Below are positions 31,459 to 42,556 of a DNA stretch of 64,000 bases, in pieces. This DNA is from Andalucia godoyi And28 (Eukaryota > Protista > Jakobida), in the NCBI GenBank assembly GCA_009859145.1, contig VRVR01000048.1, positions 39,328-103,327 of the forward strand, in the 5' to 3' direction. The translations under genes and the position numbers were made by a program. The notes below the pieces were generated by a model. That model had not been told where the DNA came from. It worked only from the letters and a program-made list of their open reading frames with translations, and did no database searches. Numbering within the stretch: position 1 is the first letter of the stretch; every line of letters starts with the position of its first letter.

Positions 31459-33852
31459 ATGTCTTCGAATGTGGATGTTCCGTTTTCGTCCGTTCTAACG
31501 ATCGTAAACAGGCTGTCGGATGTTTTTCAGTCGCTGTCGCTGTTTGAGTCGATTGATCTTCCTCAGATTGCGGTGGTTGGATCGCAGTCGTCGGGCAAAT
31601 CCTCCGTGCTGGAGTCGCTTGTGGGAAAGGGTTTTCTTCCGCGGGGCTCGGGCATTGTGACACGCCGACCGACTGTACTGCAGCTGATTCACGAGCCGCC
31701 GGGTACGGCAGCTGCGACCGCTCCAGTCGAGTATGCCGAGTTTGTGCATCTGCCGAACCAGCGCTTTACAGATTGGGATGCAGTGCGGATAGAGATTGAG
31801 CGAGAAACTGCGCGTGTTGCAGGATCTGGAAAGGGTGTGTCTCCGTCCCCGATCACGCTGCGAATCCACTCTCCGTATGTGCTCAACCTCACGCTTGTCG
31901 ATCTGCCGGGACTCATCAAGATTCCCGTCGGCGACCAGCCGCAAAACATCGAGTCGATCGTGCGAGACCTGGTGCTCAAGTTCATTGCGCGCCCGTCCAC
32001 CATCATCCTGGCTGTCACGCCAGCCAATATGGATCTTGCCAACTCGGACGCGATCCAAATCGCGCGGCAAGTGGACCCCGAAGGCACGCGCACCCTCGGC
32101 GTGCTCACGAAACTTGACCTCATGGACAAGGGCACCGATGCAGCGGACATCCTCCGAAACAACCTCTTGCCTCTCCGACTTGGGTACGTCGGAGTAGTCT
32201 GCAGATCACAGGCGGACCTCGATGCAAAGACTCCGTTGGCTGTTTCCCGTGCTCGAGAAAACAGCTTCTTTGCCAACCATCCAGCTTACCAGGACCTTTA
32301 TCTCCAGCAGCAACAGCTGCAGACGGCCAGTTCTTCGCAGTTTGTCGATTCGGCAGCAGCTGGCTGGTTGGGAACAGAAGTGCTGGGTAAGAGATTGCAG
32401 ACCTTGCTGATGGGACACATTCGACAGCACTTGCCGGGGGTCAAGCAGCGGCTGCAGACGATGCTCACGACTGCACAGAAGCAGCTGTCTGTGCTGGGAT
32501 CCTCGCCGTTGGATGCGGTTGCCGTTAGTGCAAGCGCAGGCGGCGCTGGCGCTGGCGCTGGGGCATACGGGCCCGTGGTGTTGGATGCGATGACGCGGTT
32601 CGCAACGCTGGTGCGCGAAACGATAGAGGGCCGATTGGCGTCGAGCGATGCAACGAACTCGCGGCTGACGGGCGGTGCGCGAATCTCGCACTTGTTCCAC
32701 GGGGTGTTTGCGCCGTGTTTGCTGGCACTCGATCCGCTCGATAGCTTGACTGCGACCGAGGTGCGTGCGGTAGTCCGGAATGCAAAGGGAGCACGCTCGA
32801 CGGTGTTTGTGCCCGAGTCGGCATTTGAGATTCTCATTCGCCAACAGATTGCAAGGCTCGAAAGGCCTGCACAGCAGTGCGTTGATCTTGTGCTGGATGA
32901 GCTCGCGGCAATGTGCGAACACTGCGAAGGAATCGCGGGTGTCGCTCGGTTCCCCGCTCTTCGCCAAAAGATTCGAGGCGCGGCTGCCGAGGTCCTTCGA
33001 GATCGAGCTGTTCCGTGCCGGGCACATGTTGCAAGCTTGGTTCAGTGCGAGTGGGCATATATCAACACTGCCCACCCGGACTTTTCCATCGAAAACATGC
33101 CAATGCAGATCGCTCAACAGCAGACCAACCAGAATATTTCGCAGCTCGGCTTTGTCCCGCCCCCCGTTCCCGTTCCCGTCCACCATCTCCATCACCAGCA
33201 GCAGCAGCAACAACTGCAACAACTGCAACAACTGCAGTCTCTGCAACCACAGCAACCCCAGCAATCTCTTCCACTGCAACAGCAACAGCAGAGTGCATCG
33301 CAGGCTCCATCGACAAATTCGGCGTCGCAGCAACAGGAGTCGCTTTTAGATCGGTTCTTTGGAAAAAAGACTGTGCCCACTACCACAACGAGTGCATCCC
33401 GCACCCATTCTCACGCGCATTCTCAGTCTTCGCAGTCTAGTCATCCACAATCCCAACAGCAACAACAGCATAGTCAAAATATGCTGCAATCGCCGATGCT
33501 CTCGCATGATGAATTTGAAAGAGCGGTGCTGGATGCATCCGAGGATCCGTGGACGTCGCAGGAGCGCGCAGAAGTGTCGCTGATCCGAAGCATGATGTCC
33601 TCGTACTTTGCAATTGTGAGGAAGAACATCATGGACTCCGTCCCAAAGGCCATCATGCATTTCCTCGTTAACCACATCCGCGATAACCTGCAGACTGAAC
33701 TTGTCGCAAGAGTCTATCGAGAACAGGACTTTCCGGAACTGTTGCGAGAAGCTCCTGATGTCGAAGAGCGCAGGTCAAGAGCGCATCGAACTGTCATTGC
33801 ATGCCAAAAAGGACTGCAGCTCATCAACGAGGTCCGTGATTCGAGATTCTAA
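31459..33852 (+). CDS. DRP1: Dynamin-related GTPase (DRP1/Dnm1/Vps1-like; no PH domain, Gln-rich insert B)
   Basis: GSQSSGKSS, LPRGSGIVTRRP, DLPG, TKLDLMDKGT, middle domain, and GED (YFAIVRKNIMDSVPKAIMHFLVN); ATG at 31459. Confidence 0.92.
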   Translation: MSSNVDVPFSSVLTIVNRLSDVFQSLSLFESIDLPQIAVVGSQSSGKSSVLESLVGKGFLPRGSGIVTRRPTVLQLIHEPPGTAAATAPVEYAEFVHLPNQRFTDWDAVRIEIERETARVAGSGKGVSPSPITLRIHSPYVLNLTLVDLPGLIKIPVGDQPQNIESIVRDLVLKFIARPSTIILAVTPANMDLANSDAIQIARQVDPEGTRTLGVLTKLDLMDKGTDAADILRNNLLPLRLGYVGVVCRSQADLDAKTPLAVSRARENSFFANHPAYQDLYLQQQQLQTASSSQFVDSAAAGWLGTEVLGKRLQTLLMGHIRQHLPGVKQRLQTMLTTAQKQLSVLGSSPLDAVAVSASAGGAGAGAGAYGPVVLDAMTRFATLVRETIEGRLASSDATNSRLTGGARISHLFHGVFAPCLLALDPLDSLTATEVRAVVRNAKGARSTVFVPESAFEILIRQQIARLERPAQQCVDLVLDELAAMCEHCEGIAGVARFPALRQKIRGAAAEVLRDRAVPCRAHVASLVQCEWAYINTAHPDFSIENMPMQIAQQQTNQNISQLGFVPPPVPVPVHHLHHQQQQQQLQQLQQLQSLQPQQPQQSLPLQQQQQSASQAPSTNSASQQQESLLDRFFGKKTVPTTTTSASRTHSHAHSQSSQSSHPQSQQQQQHSQNMLQSPMLSHDEFERAVLDASEDPWTSQERAEVSLIRSMMSSYFAIVRKNIMDSVPKAIMHFLVNHIRDNLQTELVARVYREQDFPELLREAPDVEERRSRAHRTVIACQKGLQLINEVRDSRF

Positions 33853-33967
33853 ACCAAATTTTTAACAGATAGCAGAGGCTTGCAATAAAACAACAATGGA
33901 AAATAACAATTAAAACATGAAACGGGGGAAGAAAACATGAAATTCCGTATCCTTTAATGAATTGCAC

Positions 33968-34591
33968 TTAGATTGCAGTTTGGAGTTGTTTCTTTTCGAT
34001 CTCAAGGCGGTCCTTCCATTTTCTTCGTTCCTCTTCAATCATCGAATCAAGCTCTCTTATTTTCCCTCCCAGATCCGCATTTCGGCCCTGGCACTGCCTG
34101 ACCTCGTCTGCTGTTGCCTGCAATGACGCCTCCAGCTTGCGGAAGGTTTCTTCGCGTGCCTTGAGAATCTGGCGAAACTGGACCTCGTGCTGCGCAAACG
34201 TGTCCGAGACGCCCGTAGCCGTGAGAGACGATGTCACCGAGCGCTGTGAAACCGCCGAAGCAGAAGTCGGAACCGGAGTCCGATACTGATACGGCGCAGA
34301 TGATGCTGCGGTCGTAGGCGGACCGCCCGCCGCAACAGACGACGACTGCGACTTGCGAGGAGACCCGCTGGACGCCACAAGGTACGGCTTGGCTTCTTGC
34401 GGAGAAAGCTCCTCGACGTACTCGTACGGAATATACCCTTTGATCTCGGGCTTTGTAAACTTGGACACGTGGATCCACATGTCTTGCGGACTCTGCTGCG
34501 CAACCACTATCTCGCCCGCCGTCACCGTAATCTCCACATCGGAATCTGCTGTAAATCCGTAGTTCACTCGATACACTTTCGGATACGACAT
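33968..34591 (-). CDS. SH3-domain plus coiled-coil protein
   Basis: YRVNYGFTADSDVEITVTAGEIV...DMWIHV...GYIPYEYVE (SH3), followed by a C-terminal coiled coil. Confidence 0.88.
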   Translation of the reverse strand: MSYPKVYRVNYGFTADSDVEITVTAGEIVVAQQSPQDMWIHVSKFTKPEIKGYIPYEYVEELSPQEAKPYLVASSGSPRKSQSSSVAAGGPPTTAASSAPYQYRTPVPTSASAVSQRSVTSSLTATGVSDTFAQHEVQFRQILKAREETFRKLEASLQATADEVRQCQGRNADLGGKIRELDSMIEEERRKWKDRLEIEKKQLQTAI

Positions 34592-34967
34592 CCTCACCAC
34601 CACTGCCACTGCTCCTTAGTTTTTTATGAAAAAAACCCGCTGCTGCTGCTCTCTTATTTTCTAATCAGCGCACTCACAAAGTCGTATTCACAAGAAGACA
34701 AAAGATGCCGAGGAGAAAATAGACGATTAATGATTGGAAAATGAACATGATTTAGGATAACGGCTGACGAAAGGAAACACCAAAAAAAGGCCAGAAGAAG
34801 GCAGTTGCGCTTGGGGCGGAGAAGGAAAGAGCCGAAGCATCCAGCATCAAGCGCAGATCGGGGCAATTTCCCTGCTTTCGGAGAGCTGTTTGGAAGACCG
34901 TTAAAAACCTGAGCGCTTATTGATGGTGTTGTTTTTGCGAGTTATGGGTTCTGAGTTTTGTTTATTG

Positions 34968-35004
34968 TTTGACTGCTTGTTTGACTGCTTGTTTTGACTG
35001 TTTG
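34968..35004. repeat. 12-bp tandem (TTTGACTGCTTG) about x3 upstream of SPC24
   Basis: Two perfect units plus one degenerate unit. Confidence 0.8.
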
Positions 35005-35056
35005 TAAATTGATTTTTGATTTTGGTGATTAAAGAATCAGCTTGGAAGCGACGAGA

Positions 35057-35677
35057 ATGAGCGTGTTTGCAGAGACTGAGATTATCATGCAAGAGCTTGC
35101 AAACTTCATTAATTCTGATGAAGATGCAAAGCGGATTGAAGAGATTGGGACGTTTCATCGGAGAGTGTCGGCTACGATCTTGTCGGAGCGATCTGAAATT
35201 CAGGGGATGTTGGAAGCTGCGCGGACGGAGCGCGACTCAGTTGCGAAGCTTGCGGTCCGAGATCCGAGCGTCGAGCCGTTTGAGCGAACTCTGAAGAATC
35301 TTGAAATGCAAAAGGCGTCATTCGAATCCGAAACGCGCATTGCAGAAGGAAAATTAAAGGCTGCACAGATGAAGCATGCCCAGATTGAAGAGGCGAAGGA
35401 GCAGCTCAAGAAGCGAGAAGAGGATGTTGTTGCTGCGTCGAAATTCGAAAAGGACGGGGTGGCGCATTCACTTGGATTGCTCGACAAGGTTGGGCTCATT
35501 CGGTGGAATTACTCGGTTCCAAAGGAAATCGTTGCTGGAAGAGTCCGCGCAAAGAATGGGTCCAGAGTCTCAGAGTTTAGCTTGGATGCAACCCGGATGT
35601 CAGAGGTTCTTCTCGCAGATCGGCTGTGGGACGAGGTCGAAAAGCTCAACCCTTGCATGGTCCTGTCCTCGGCTTGA
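35057..35677 (+). CDS. SPC24: Kinetochore NDC80-complex subunit Spc24-like
   Basis: Coiled coil followed by an RWD-like head: LIRWNY...VAGRV...EFSLDATRMSEVLLADRLWD. Confidence 0.75.
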   Translation: MSVFAETEIIMQELANFINSDEDAKRIEEIGTFHRRVSATILSERSEIQGMLEAARTERDSVAKLAVRDPSVEPFERTLKNLEMQKASFESETRIAEGKLKAAQMKHAQIEEAKEQLKKREEDVVAASKFEKDGVAHSLGLLDKVGLIRWNYSVPKEIVAGRVRAKNGSRVSEFSLDATRMSEVLLADRLWDEVEKLNPCMVLSSA

Positions 35678-35780
35678 ACACTCCGACCGCGCACGCTCAC
35701 ACACACCCACTCACACACACTCTCTTACATACGTAGGCATGCTCTGTAAATAAAAATCCATTTTTAAAGATTTTTACGAG

Positions 35781-38700
35781 TCATCTTGCAATGCAATTCT
35801 GGAGAATTGTCGAGTCAGAGACAAAGTCAAGAACAATGGGGGTTGAGGACCATGCTGGATCAAACGCAGTTGACGCACGCAGGACGTAGGAAAGGTAGGC
35901 GGTTTCTGGTGTGGAGAAGCGCACGAGGAACGTAGGCGGGGATGCAGATTGCTGGACAACAGTCTCAAATCCTGCCGCGCCGGAAAACAAGAACCGAAAG
36001 TCGCGGCAAGTTGCGTCCAACGGCACGTTTCGGACACGCAGCGTTCTTGTCGCTGAGGTCGCAACACCCGGTTTGGCCTGATGCAGTGTCTGGCGACAGC
36101 GCAGAGAGAGAAGCGACTTGGCAGAGTCCACAAAAGCAATCGTCCAGCCTTGCTGCTTCTCGTGAATATTTCGCAAGAAGAAAGCCTCCGAAGGCGGGGC
36201 AACTTCGCAAAAGGGCCAGTCTGCCTCTTCGTGGCGAATGGCTTCCGTCGTCGGCTCGAAATCCAGTTCAGGAAAGCGCAGCTTGGCCTCAGAGGCACTT
36301 CGGTATGTCCCAAAGTAAAATTGAGATCTAGAGAGAATAGCAGAAGAAGGAAAGAAAACAAAACGTCGGGCATCAGAAAAAACGAAACTGCACACAGTGG
36401 CAAGAGAGGAAAGCAGGCGAAACACTTCGAATACATACCTAGAGCCGCCGAGATACCCTGGTACCATGGAACAGCAGTCCTCGATCACACTGAAACTAAT
36501 CGCGTTGTTGCTATGATTGGTGGAAGAGGGTTTTAGAGAAAAAGTGAGAACCAATTGTGAAGAAATACCAAATGGAAAGAAGAAGAAAAGAAGGGGAAAA
36601 CATAAAACCAAGAACCACGGCGACATACACAGTATGAACAGGGCACGCATCCGCAAAGGAGCGAATGAAGCACTGATTATTCTCTGTATAGTAGCGGCTG
36701 AGAAGCTCCAACTGCTCAGAAGACAGGCGCTGATCCGAACTCGACACGAACTCGAGATGCAATTTGGGGAACAGCATGGTTGCGTTATAGGCAGCTTGTA
36801 CACTCCGAAATGAGAGGAAGGGTGGTCGGGCAAATGCAAACCCGGGGAAATTGTTAAGCATCCTTTCTGCCTCCGCAACAGAACAGCCGCGAAACGACAC
36901 TTGCCACAAGTTCTTCCTTCTCCACTGTTCCAAAGTAGGCCATACTGAAGAAGAAGAGTTGGCAGAAGCAGCAGCAACCGGACCGGCAAATGCACGCTTT
37001 GCAGACCGCTCGGATTCTTCGAATTCCATGCTCGAATGACTTGCCGTCCGCTTGCGAAGTCCAGAAGCAGACGCTGGCACAGGCACGGGCACGGGCACAA
37101 GCAGAGGCACAGGCACAGGCACAGACGTCGGTGCTGCCCGCGGAGCAAGCTCGGGAACGGAAGCTACTTGTGCAATTGGTTCAGAAGTCTTGGTTGGTGG
37201 TCGAACAGGCCCGCCAGTCCGTGGGAGCGGATTCTCTAGGAACAATCGGACTTGCTCCTTTTCAGCAGGCGAAAACGCCCGTTCAGTTTCCGTTGCCCAA
37301 CAGAATTCGACCAGAATGTTGCTAGCTATCGCGGAACATGCTGATTTCAGCGAGTCAAACTCGAATGCGGACACTCGCAAGTTCTCTTCAAATCCAGGAA
37401 CATCAAACTTGCCAATGAAGCCAGGTGCGGCGCGGGCCGCGCGGTACGCATCTTCAAAGCGCGCGCTCTTGGCACGAATTGCTATTCGAAACCGGTTGAC
37501 TGGTTCTCTGAAACCACACGCAGCGTCAAGCCAGTCGGTCAGTTTCTGAAGTCCTTCGACACCGATCTTCGGGATCGTATGCGGAGAAAACTCCACCTTG
37601 ACTGGACAGTTCATCAGCGCCAGAAACGCATGAACGACACTGTCAAACACAAAGTACGATGTCCTGGAACCCAATTATTGCATTTAAAAAAAGCAGAAAA
37701 GCAGATGAGTAAAATGTCAGGTACATGCGAATACAGTGCAAAAAGAAAAAAGAAAAAGAAGGAAGGAAGAAAAAAGAAAAGTGAGAACGAGATTGGCAAC
37801 GAGAACGAAAGTACATACGACTTGACGGACTTGAATCCTGGCATCACATGCATGAACGATACAAGATCGAAAGACTCTTGTTTTCGAAAGGAGCATACTT
37901 CAGGATCCAACACATGATCAAACATTGGTGCGCTTGAAATGTCTGGCATAAATTCGGGCACGAACTGCTTTGGCGGAGGAGGCTGCTCGACGGTACGCTG
38001 TTCGACACAAGGCTTTGGCACTTCTGGCACCGGCTGGTCTTCAAACAGTGCCGAAACATTCGACTTTCGCAACTCCTTCTCCTTCTCCTTCTCCTTCTCC
38101 TTCTCTATTTCTATTTCTATGTAGCGCGTCTTTCCAAAGCTTTCAGTCTTGAGAGGTTGCGAAGACTGCTTCTTGGCAGGCGATGGCACCGGGGCAGTAG
38201 ACAGCACATCTGCCTCGTCGTCGTCTTCGTCCAGCAGTACTCTCTTCCTTTTTGCAAGCTGCGAAGCTGCGCTCTTTGCTGCTTCGGTTCCTGATTTACT
38301 CGCAGAGACCGCATTGCTGGACTTTCCTTCAGACTTCTCTTTGGAGCTGCTTCCTTCGCTCAATTCCTTGGGCTTTCGCATACCTGTCGCCTTCAATGGC
38401 TTTTCATCAGCATTGCGAGTGGCCAACTGCCCATCCGATCCATCAACCGACTTGCGAGACACGCTTCTATGCTCGACCGTTGTTCGCGACTCCTTGGCAT
38501 CCTCGGGTTCTGCAGCCACCGCCTTGCCTGCATTCTTTCCACTCGCAAAACTCTTCGATGCCGCCCTCTCTTCGCTCTTCTTGCCCTCTCCGCCCTCTTC
38601 ATTCCCCTCGCCCTCTCCCTCCTCCCCCTCCTCCTCCTCATCTTCATTGCCGTAAATCTGAAACGAGGCGTTCTTCAGCTCTTTCGCAAACACATTCTCA

Positions 38701-38951
38701 TCGATAAACGACCTGCATTGCTGAGAAACCTGCAGCCTTTCATTGCGGAAGGTCGACACTGCAAACGCCAGTGACTTTAGAGAATCAAACTGATACACTG
38801 TGGTTCGGTCTACAGGATCCTTTTGCGTCCGGACATACCCAGGAAGCTGAGCTATCCGCTCTTCAACCTCTGCCTTTTTGAATCCAGTGCTACCAAGGAG
38901 AACGAACACGTGAGCAAAATGCTGCAATATCACAAAAAGAAAAAAATGCAT
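35781..38951 (-). CDS. Multi-RRM-like protein (about 6 degenerate PG[FY]-type modules), at least 4 exons, about 928 aa; 5' end uncertain
   Basis: Exons 38951-37819, 37663-36629, about 36510-36439 and 36327-35781 join in frame through three phase-2 GTATGT..AG introns. Repeated module of the form PGF/PGY...F.F.S...A..A; the last module (TLRVRNVPLDATCRDFRFLFSGAAGF) is the most RRM-like. Confidence 0.72.
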
Positions 38952-38992
38952 AATAACAAACAACGTCCTCGGATGTATTGAGAAAAGGACGC

Positions 38993-39023
<31 letters not shown>

Positions 39024-39232
39024 AGACTGCTTACAATTTTGGAAAAAACGCAGAGTATGCGGGATTCGACGGTAGAGCTGCGGCAGCACTCACGTCAACT
39101 GAGCTTGAGCGACGCATACCATCCAGTCACACCACAAGAGGCTTCCAACAACCGAAGGATCAAAGTAAATACTCAGCAATGAAAAAAGGAGCTGATAACT
39201 AAATAACTGAAATGAAACCAAAAGGGAAAAAA

Positions 39233-39454
39233 CACGGTCGCCCAGCTTTGCGTATCAATGTTGAACATGAAAGCAATACGATTGTCTTACCGTAGTCAAG
39301 TCCAGCATTTCTTCATTCCTCACTTTTTCTTCTGTTCTGTTTATTTGTGTTTATTATAATCGAACCCTCAAGCAGCACCTTTCGTCAAAGACATCGACAA
39401 AACATCCCATGGCTCCAAAGAGAGGGATCTTCCCGACAAACTCAAACCGGCCAT
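39233..39454 (-). repeat. 222-bp inverted copy of 26881-27102
   Basis: One mismatch in 222 bp (tacacaaagc vs tacgcaaagc). Confidence 0.95.
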
Positions 39455-39571
39455 CCCCGCTCGAAGAGCATAACGACAGCAACAACAAAAACAAAAAATG
39501 ATAATTAAAAAAAAAAACAATTAACTGTCTCTAAAAACTAAACTCCAGAGATTGGCAACTTGCGCCGATGA

Positions 39572-42556
39572 TCAGGGTCGCTTGGATCTGGATGCCGGGC
39601 GGGTGGTAGACGAAGGAGAGCGGACTTCCTTTCGTTGATACATTTGGAAATACTCGGACTGTACTTCCTGGGCAAGGTCCGATTCTCTTGCTTCTCGTTT
39701 CAGCCTCTCGTTCTCGTCGCGTCTGGCATTGATCTCTTGGGCCCGCCGTTCTTCTTCAATGTTTCGGACTTTGTGTCCAAAAGTAGACATCGCAACCGCA
39801 TCATCTGGGGGAAGTCGCTGCGACACAACGGAACCCTGCTGCTGCGACAGCGAATCAGAGGTCAGGGGTGACCCAATGAAAAACGGATCGTCACGAACAG
39901 AGCTGCTCGCGCTCATTGTCGATGCCAATGAATTTGTAAACATGACTGTTGAATCACTGGACTGCTGCTGGAAATGCCGAGCTGCGCGCTGTTGCTCAAC
40001 GTGTTGTCCAAATGCATTGCGGGGGCGCGATTGTGAATTATCCAACTGTTGGGGGTGAAAAAGATACTGCGACTGTGGGAGTTGGGGTTTTGTAGAGGTT
40101 GGCAGTTGCTGCTGAGGAACCGGCTGTGGAGGAGAATGCTGCGGCTGCTGCGGCTGCGGGGGGTGAAATGTTCCTCCGACACCGACGTTCGGATTGGACA
40201 GCGCACGCGGCCTCTGGGCAAACGGTCCCTGTTGAGACGAAACACTGTCATCTGATTTCAGCCTCATCGTCGTCTTCAGCTCAATCTGCTGCGCAAGCTT
40301 CTGCGCGTATTGCGTAACGGTTGATTGGTCAGCAGCACGACTTGCTGCTGAATGTTCAGTCGCATCTGTTGTACCAGACCGGACCACAACCGGAGTCGGA
40401 CTGTCCTTCATCATGTCTTGAATTCGCTGAATCAGAGTTGCACCGTGGTCACCAGGACCCAAAGAAGGCTCGGAAACTGGATTGAAATCGGCAAAATCGT
40501 CGGCATCCAAAAATGATGGTTCTTCGTCCGGTTGCATATCAAACTCTTCGTCGTCTTCAAACGGAGCTCGTGAATCCACCATGACGCAGCCGTCGTCGTC
40601 GTCGTTGTTGTCATCGTCATCCCCGACGACTGGCAAGTTGTCGCTGTACGCGTAGGAACGTGGTGTTCCACGGACAGACGAAGAAGAGGTCGACGAAGAA
40701 GACGATGGACGATTCATAGGTACATTCGCAGCAGCCTGGGCTGATTTAGGGGTAGGAGAAATGACGGCACCAGCCAAGCTTCTCGCGCTGGGGGGCTTAT
40801 CGACTGCGGAGCGTTGGCCACCACGAGCGGATGTTGGCGTGGATTCGGTGAGAAATGGATGTGATGCCAAATCACGGACCAGCGCCCTCTTCTTGGGATC
40901 GCGGACAAAGCAGGCTGAAAGAAACGACTGCAACTGTGGGCTCAGATCGCTCGGGAGGGGTGGGCCGCCCTCCGCCTGCGCAATCTGCATTAGCGCCTGC
41001 ACAACATTCTTCCCTTGCAACATCTGGGACCAGGGTGGGGAGCCCGTCACCATTTCTAAAACGGTGCATCCGAGCGACCAGACATCAGCAGATCGGCCAT
41101 GCCCGGTCTGCAAGATTACTTCTGGAGCCATGTGGGACGGCGTTCCCGTGAACGAAAAGTTCTCCTTCGACATCGTGGCCATCCCGCTGATCTGCGTTGA
41201 TGCTCCGAAATCCGCAAGCTTCACCGTGCCAGAAGTGCAGTCAAGCAAGACGTTTGCAGCCTTGATATCACGATGCACGATTCTGTTCTGATGCAAATAC
41301 TGCAGCCCTTCGACCAACTGCTTCGTATACATCTTCACCAATGTTTCGTCCAATCTTCCAAACTGCTCGATAACCTGCGCAATCGACCCACCCGGGACAT
41401 ACTCCAAGAAAATATGGAGAGTCGATTTGATCCGCTCCGAACCGAGATACCTCACAACATTTGGATGCCTGTATTTCTGCAGCAATGAAATCTCCCGTTG
41501 AATGCTCACCAGTTGTGCTTTGATCTTTGGCAGCGATCCCGAGAATGTGATTTCCTTGATCGCCACAAACTCTCCGGATTGCTGATTCAATGCCAAGAAT
41601 ACCCGGCCAAAGCTGCCCTGGCCGATCAGCGCCCCCTTTTGATACGGGAACGGAGCTCCAGAAGCCGAAGACGGCGTGTTTTCACCAGGAATCGACCCTG
41701 GTCTAGGCTGTACAATTTGCACTTGATTTGCATTACTGTTGTGTACCACGGATCCCGTAGTTGCCACCGACGCTGTTGTTGCGGACGACGACAACGACGA
41801 CACCAATCCAGCTTGCGGTTGGTGTTGCGACGCCGGTGGCTTGTCCAGTGCCAACGGCGGAACCGGACGACTCGCAAGCAGCGAGTTTCCGGTCCCGCTT
41901 CCAATTGGGGGAGACGACCCTGAATTCCCGTTTCCAAACGAAAGCGCACGCTGTGTCCTTGACGACGGCTTGACGACCAATCCATGCTGACTCATGTTCT
42001 GCAGGGCACCCGGCGAGGGCATGAAACTAACTTCGCCCGCCGCGATCTCAAATTCATTTGGCGCCCCAAGCAACTTGCCCGGTGCCGTCTTCGGCGTTGT
42101 GATCATTCCTGACGAGCCAGACATTGACGGCTGGCGAACCAGCACCGAGTTGTTCGCATTGCTGCCCGTGCTGTGCGAGTTTGAAAAGGTGATGTTTTGC
42201 GCATTCACATGAACCACGTTATTATTACTCATTGATGCAAGCAAGCTCGAGCTGGAGCTGAAGCTGATGTTGGAATTGGAGTTGGTATTGAAGTTGGAGT
42301 TGGAGTTTGAGTTTGCATTGGCACTGGCGTTGGTGTTGGCGTTGGCATTGGCGTTGGAGCTTTCTCGAGACGGTGGCCGTCTGGGCGAAAGCGCCGATCC
42401 AGCGCGGATCACTCCACCTTCTCGTGACGGAGGTTTATTCGGAGGATACCTCGAGGCCGAAGCTGAAAATGCATCCGAAACGTGCGAATCAGACCCAAAC
42501 CGAATGTCCTCTTCTATTTCATCACTAGACGAAACAGCACCGGACCGCCGGCTCAT
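39572..42556 (-). CDS. STE11/NPK1-like MAP kinase kinase kinase
   Basis: IGQGSFGRVF, VAIKEI, FLEYVPGGSI, HRDIKAAN, KLADFGAS, GTPSHMAPE, DVWSLGCTVLEM; long disordered flanks. Confidence 0.92.
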   Translation of the reverse strand: MSRRSGAVSSSDEIEEDIRFGSDSHVSDAFSASASRYPPNKPPSREGGVIRAGSALSPRRPPSRESSNANANANTNASANANSNSNSNFNTNSNSNISFSSSSSLLASMSNNNVVHVNAQNITFSNSHSTGSNANNSVLVRQPSMSGSSGMITTPKTAPGKLLGAPNEFEIAAGEVSFMPSPGALQNMSQHGLVVKPSSRTQRALSFGNGNSGSSPPIGSGTGNSLLASRPVPPLALDKPPASQHQPQAGLVSSLSSSATTASVATTGSVVHNSNANQVQIVQPRPGSIPGENTPSSASGAPFPYQKGALIGQGSFGRVFLALNQQSGEFVAIKEITFSGSLPKIKAQLVSIQREISLLQKYRHPNVVRYLGSERIKSTLHIFLEYVPGGSIAQVIEQFGRLDETLVKMYTKQLVEGLQYLHQNRIVHRDIKAANVLLDCTSGTVKLADFGASTQISGMATMSKENFSFTGTPSHMAPEVILQTGHGRSADVWSLGCTVLEMVTGSPPWSQMLQGKNVVQALMQIAQAEGGPPLPSDLSPQLQSFLSACFVRDPKKRALVRDLASHPFLTESTPTSARGGQRSAVDKPPSARSLAGAVISPTPKSAQAAANVPMNRPSSSSSTSSSSVRGTPRSYAYSDNLPVVGDDDDNNDDDDGCVMVDSRAPFEDDEEFDMQPDEEPSFLDADDFADFNPVSEPSLGPGDHGATLIQRIQDMMKDSPTPVVVRSGTTDATEHSAASRAADQSTVTQYAQKLAQQIELKTTMRLKSDDSVSSQQGPFAQRPRALSNPNVGVGGTFHPPQPQQPQHSPPQPVPQQQLPTSTKPQLPQSQYLFHPQQLDNSQSRPRNAFGQHVEQQRAARHFQQQSSDSTVMFTNSLASTMSASSSVRDDPFFIGSPLTSDSLSQQQGSVVSQRLPPDDAVAMSTFGHKVRNIEEERRAQEINARRDENERLKREARESDLAQEVQSEYFQMYQRKEVRSPSSTTRPASRSKRP

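Noticed and set aside
31459-34591. Dynamin-related gene convergent with an SH3 protein as a functional pair
   Set aside because: The DRP lacks a true proline-rich domain, and adjacency alone is not evidence.
30083-37130. AGGCAC hexamer runs at about 30085-30120 and 37075-37125
   Set aside because: They are simple repeats encoding GT or PV dipeptides, not a homologous element.
39241-39260. AGCTTTGCG resembling the 5' end of U4 snRNA
   Set aside because: The match is only 9 nt; the downstream sequence lacks U4 features and the other copy has AGCTTTGTG.
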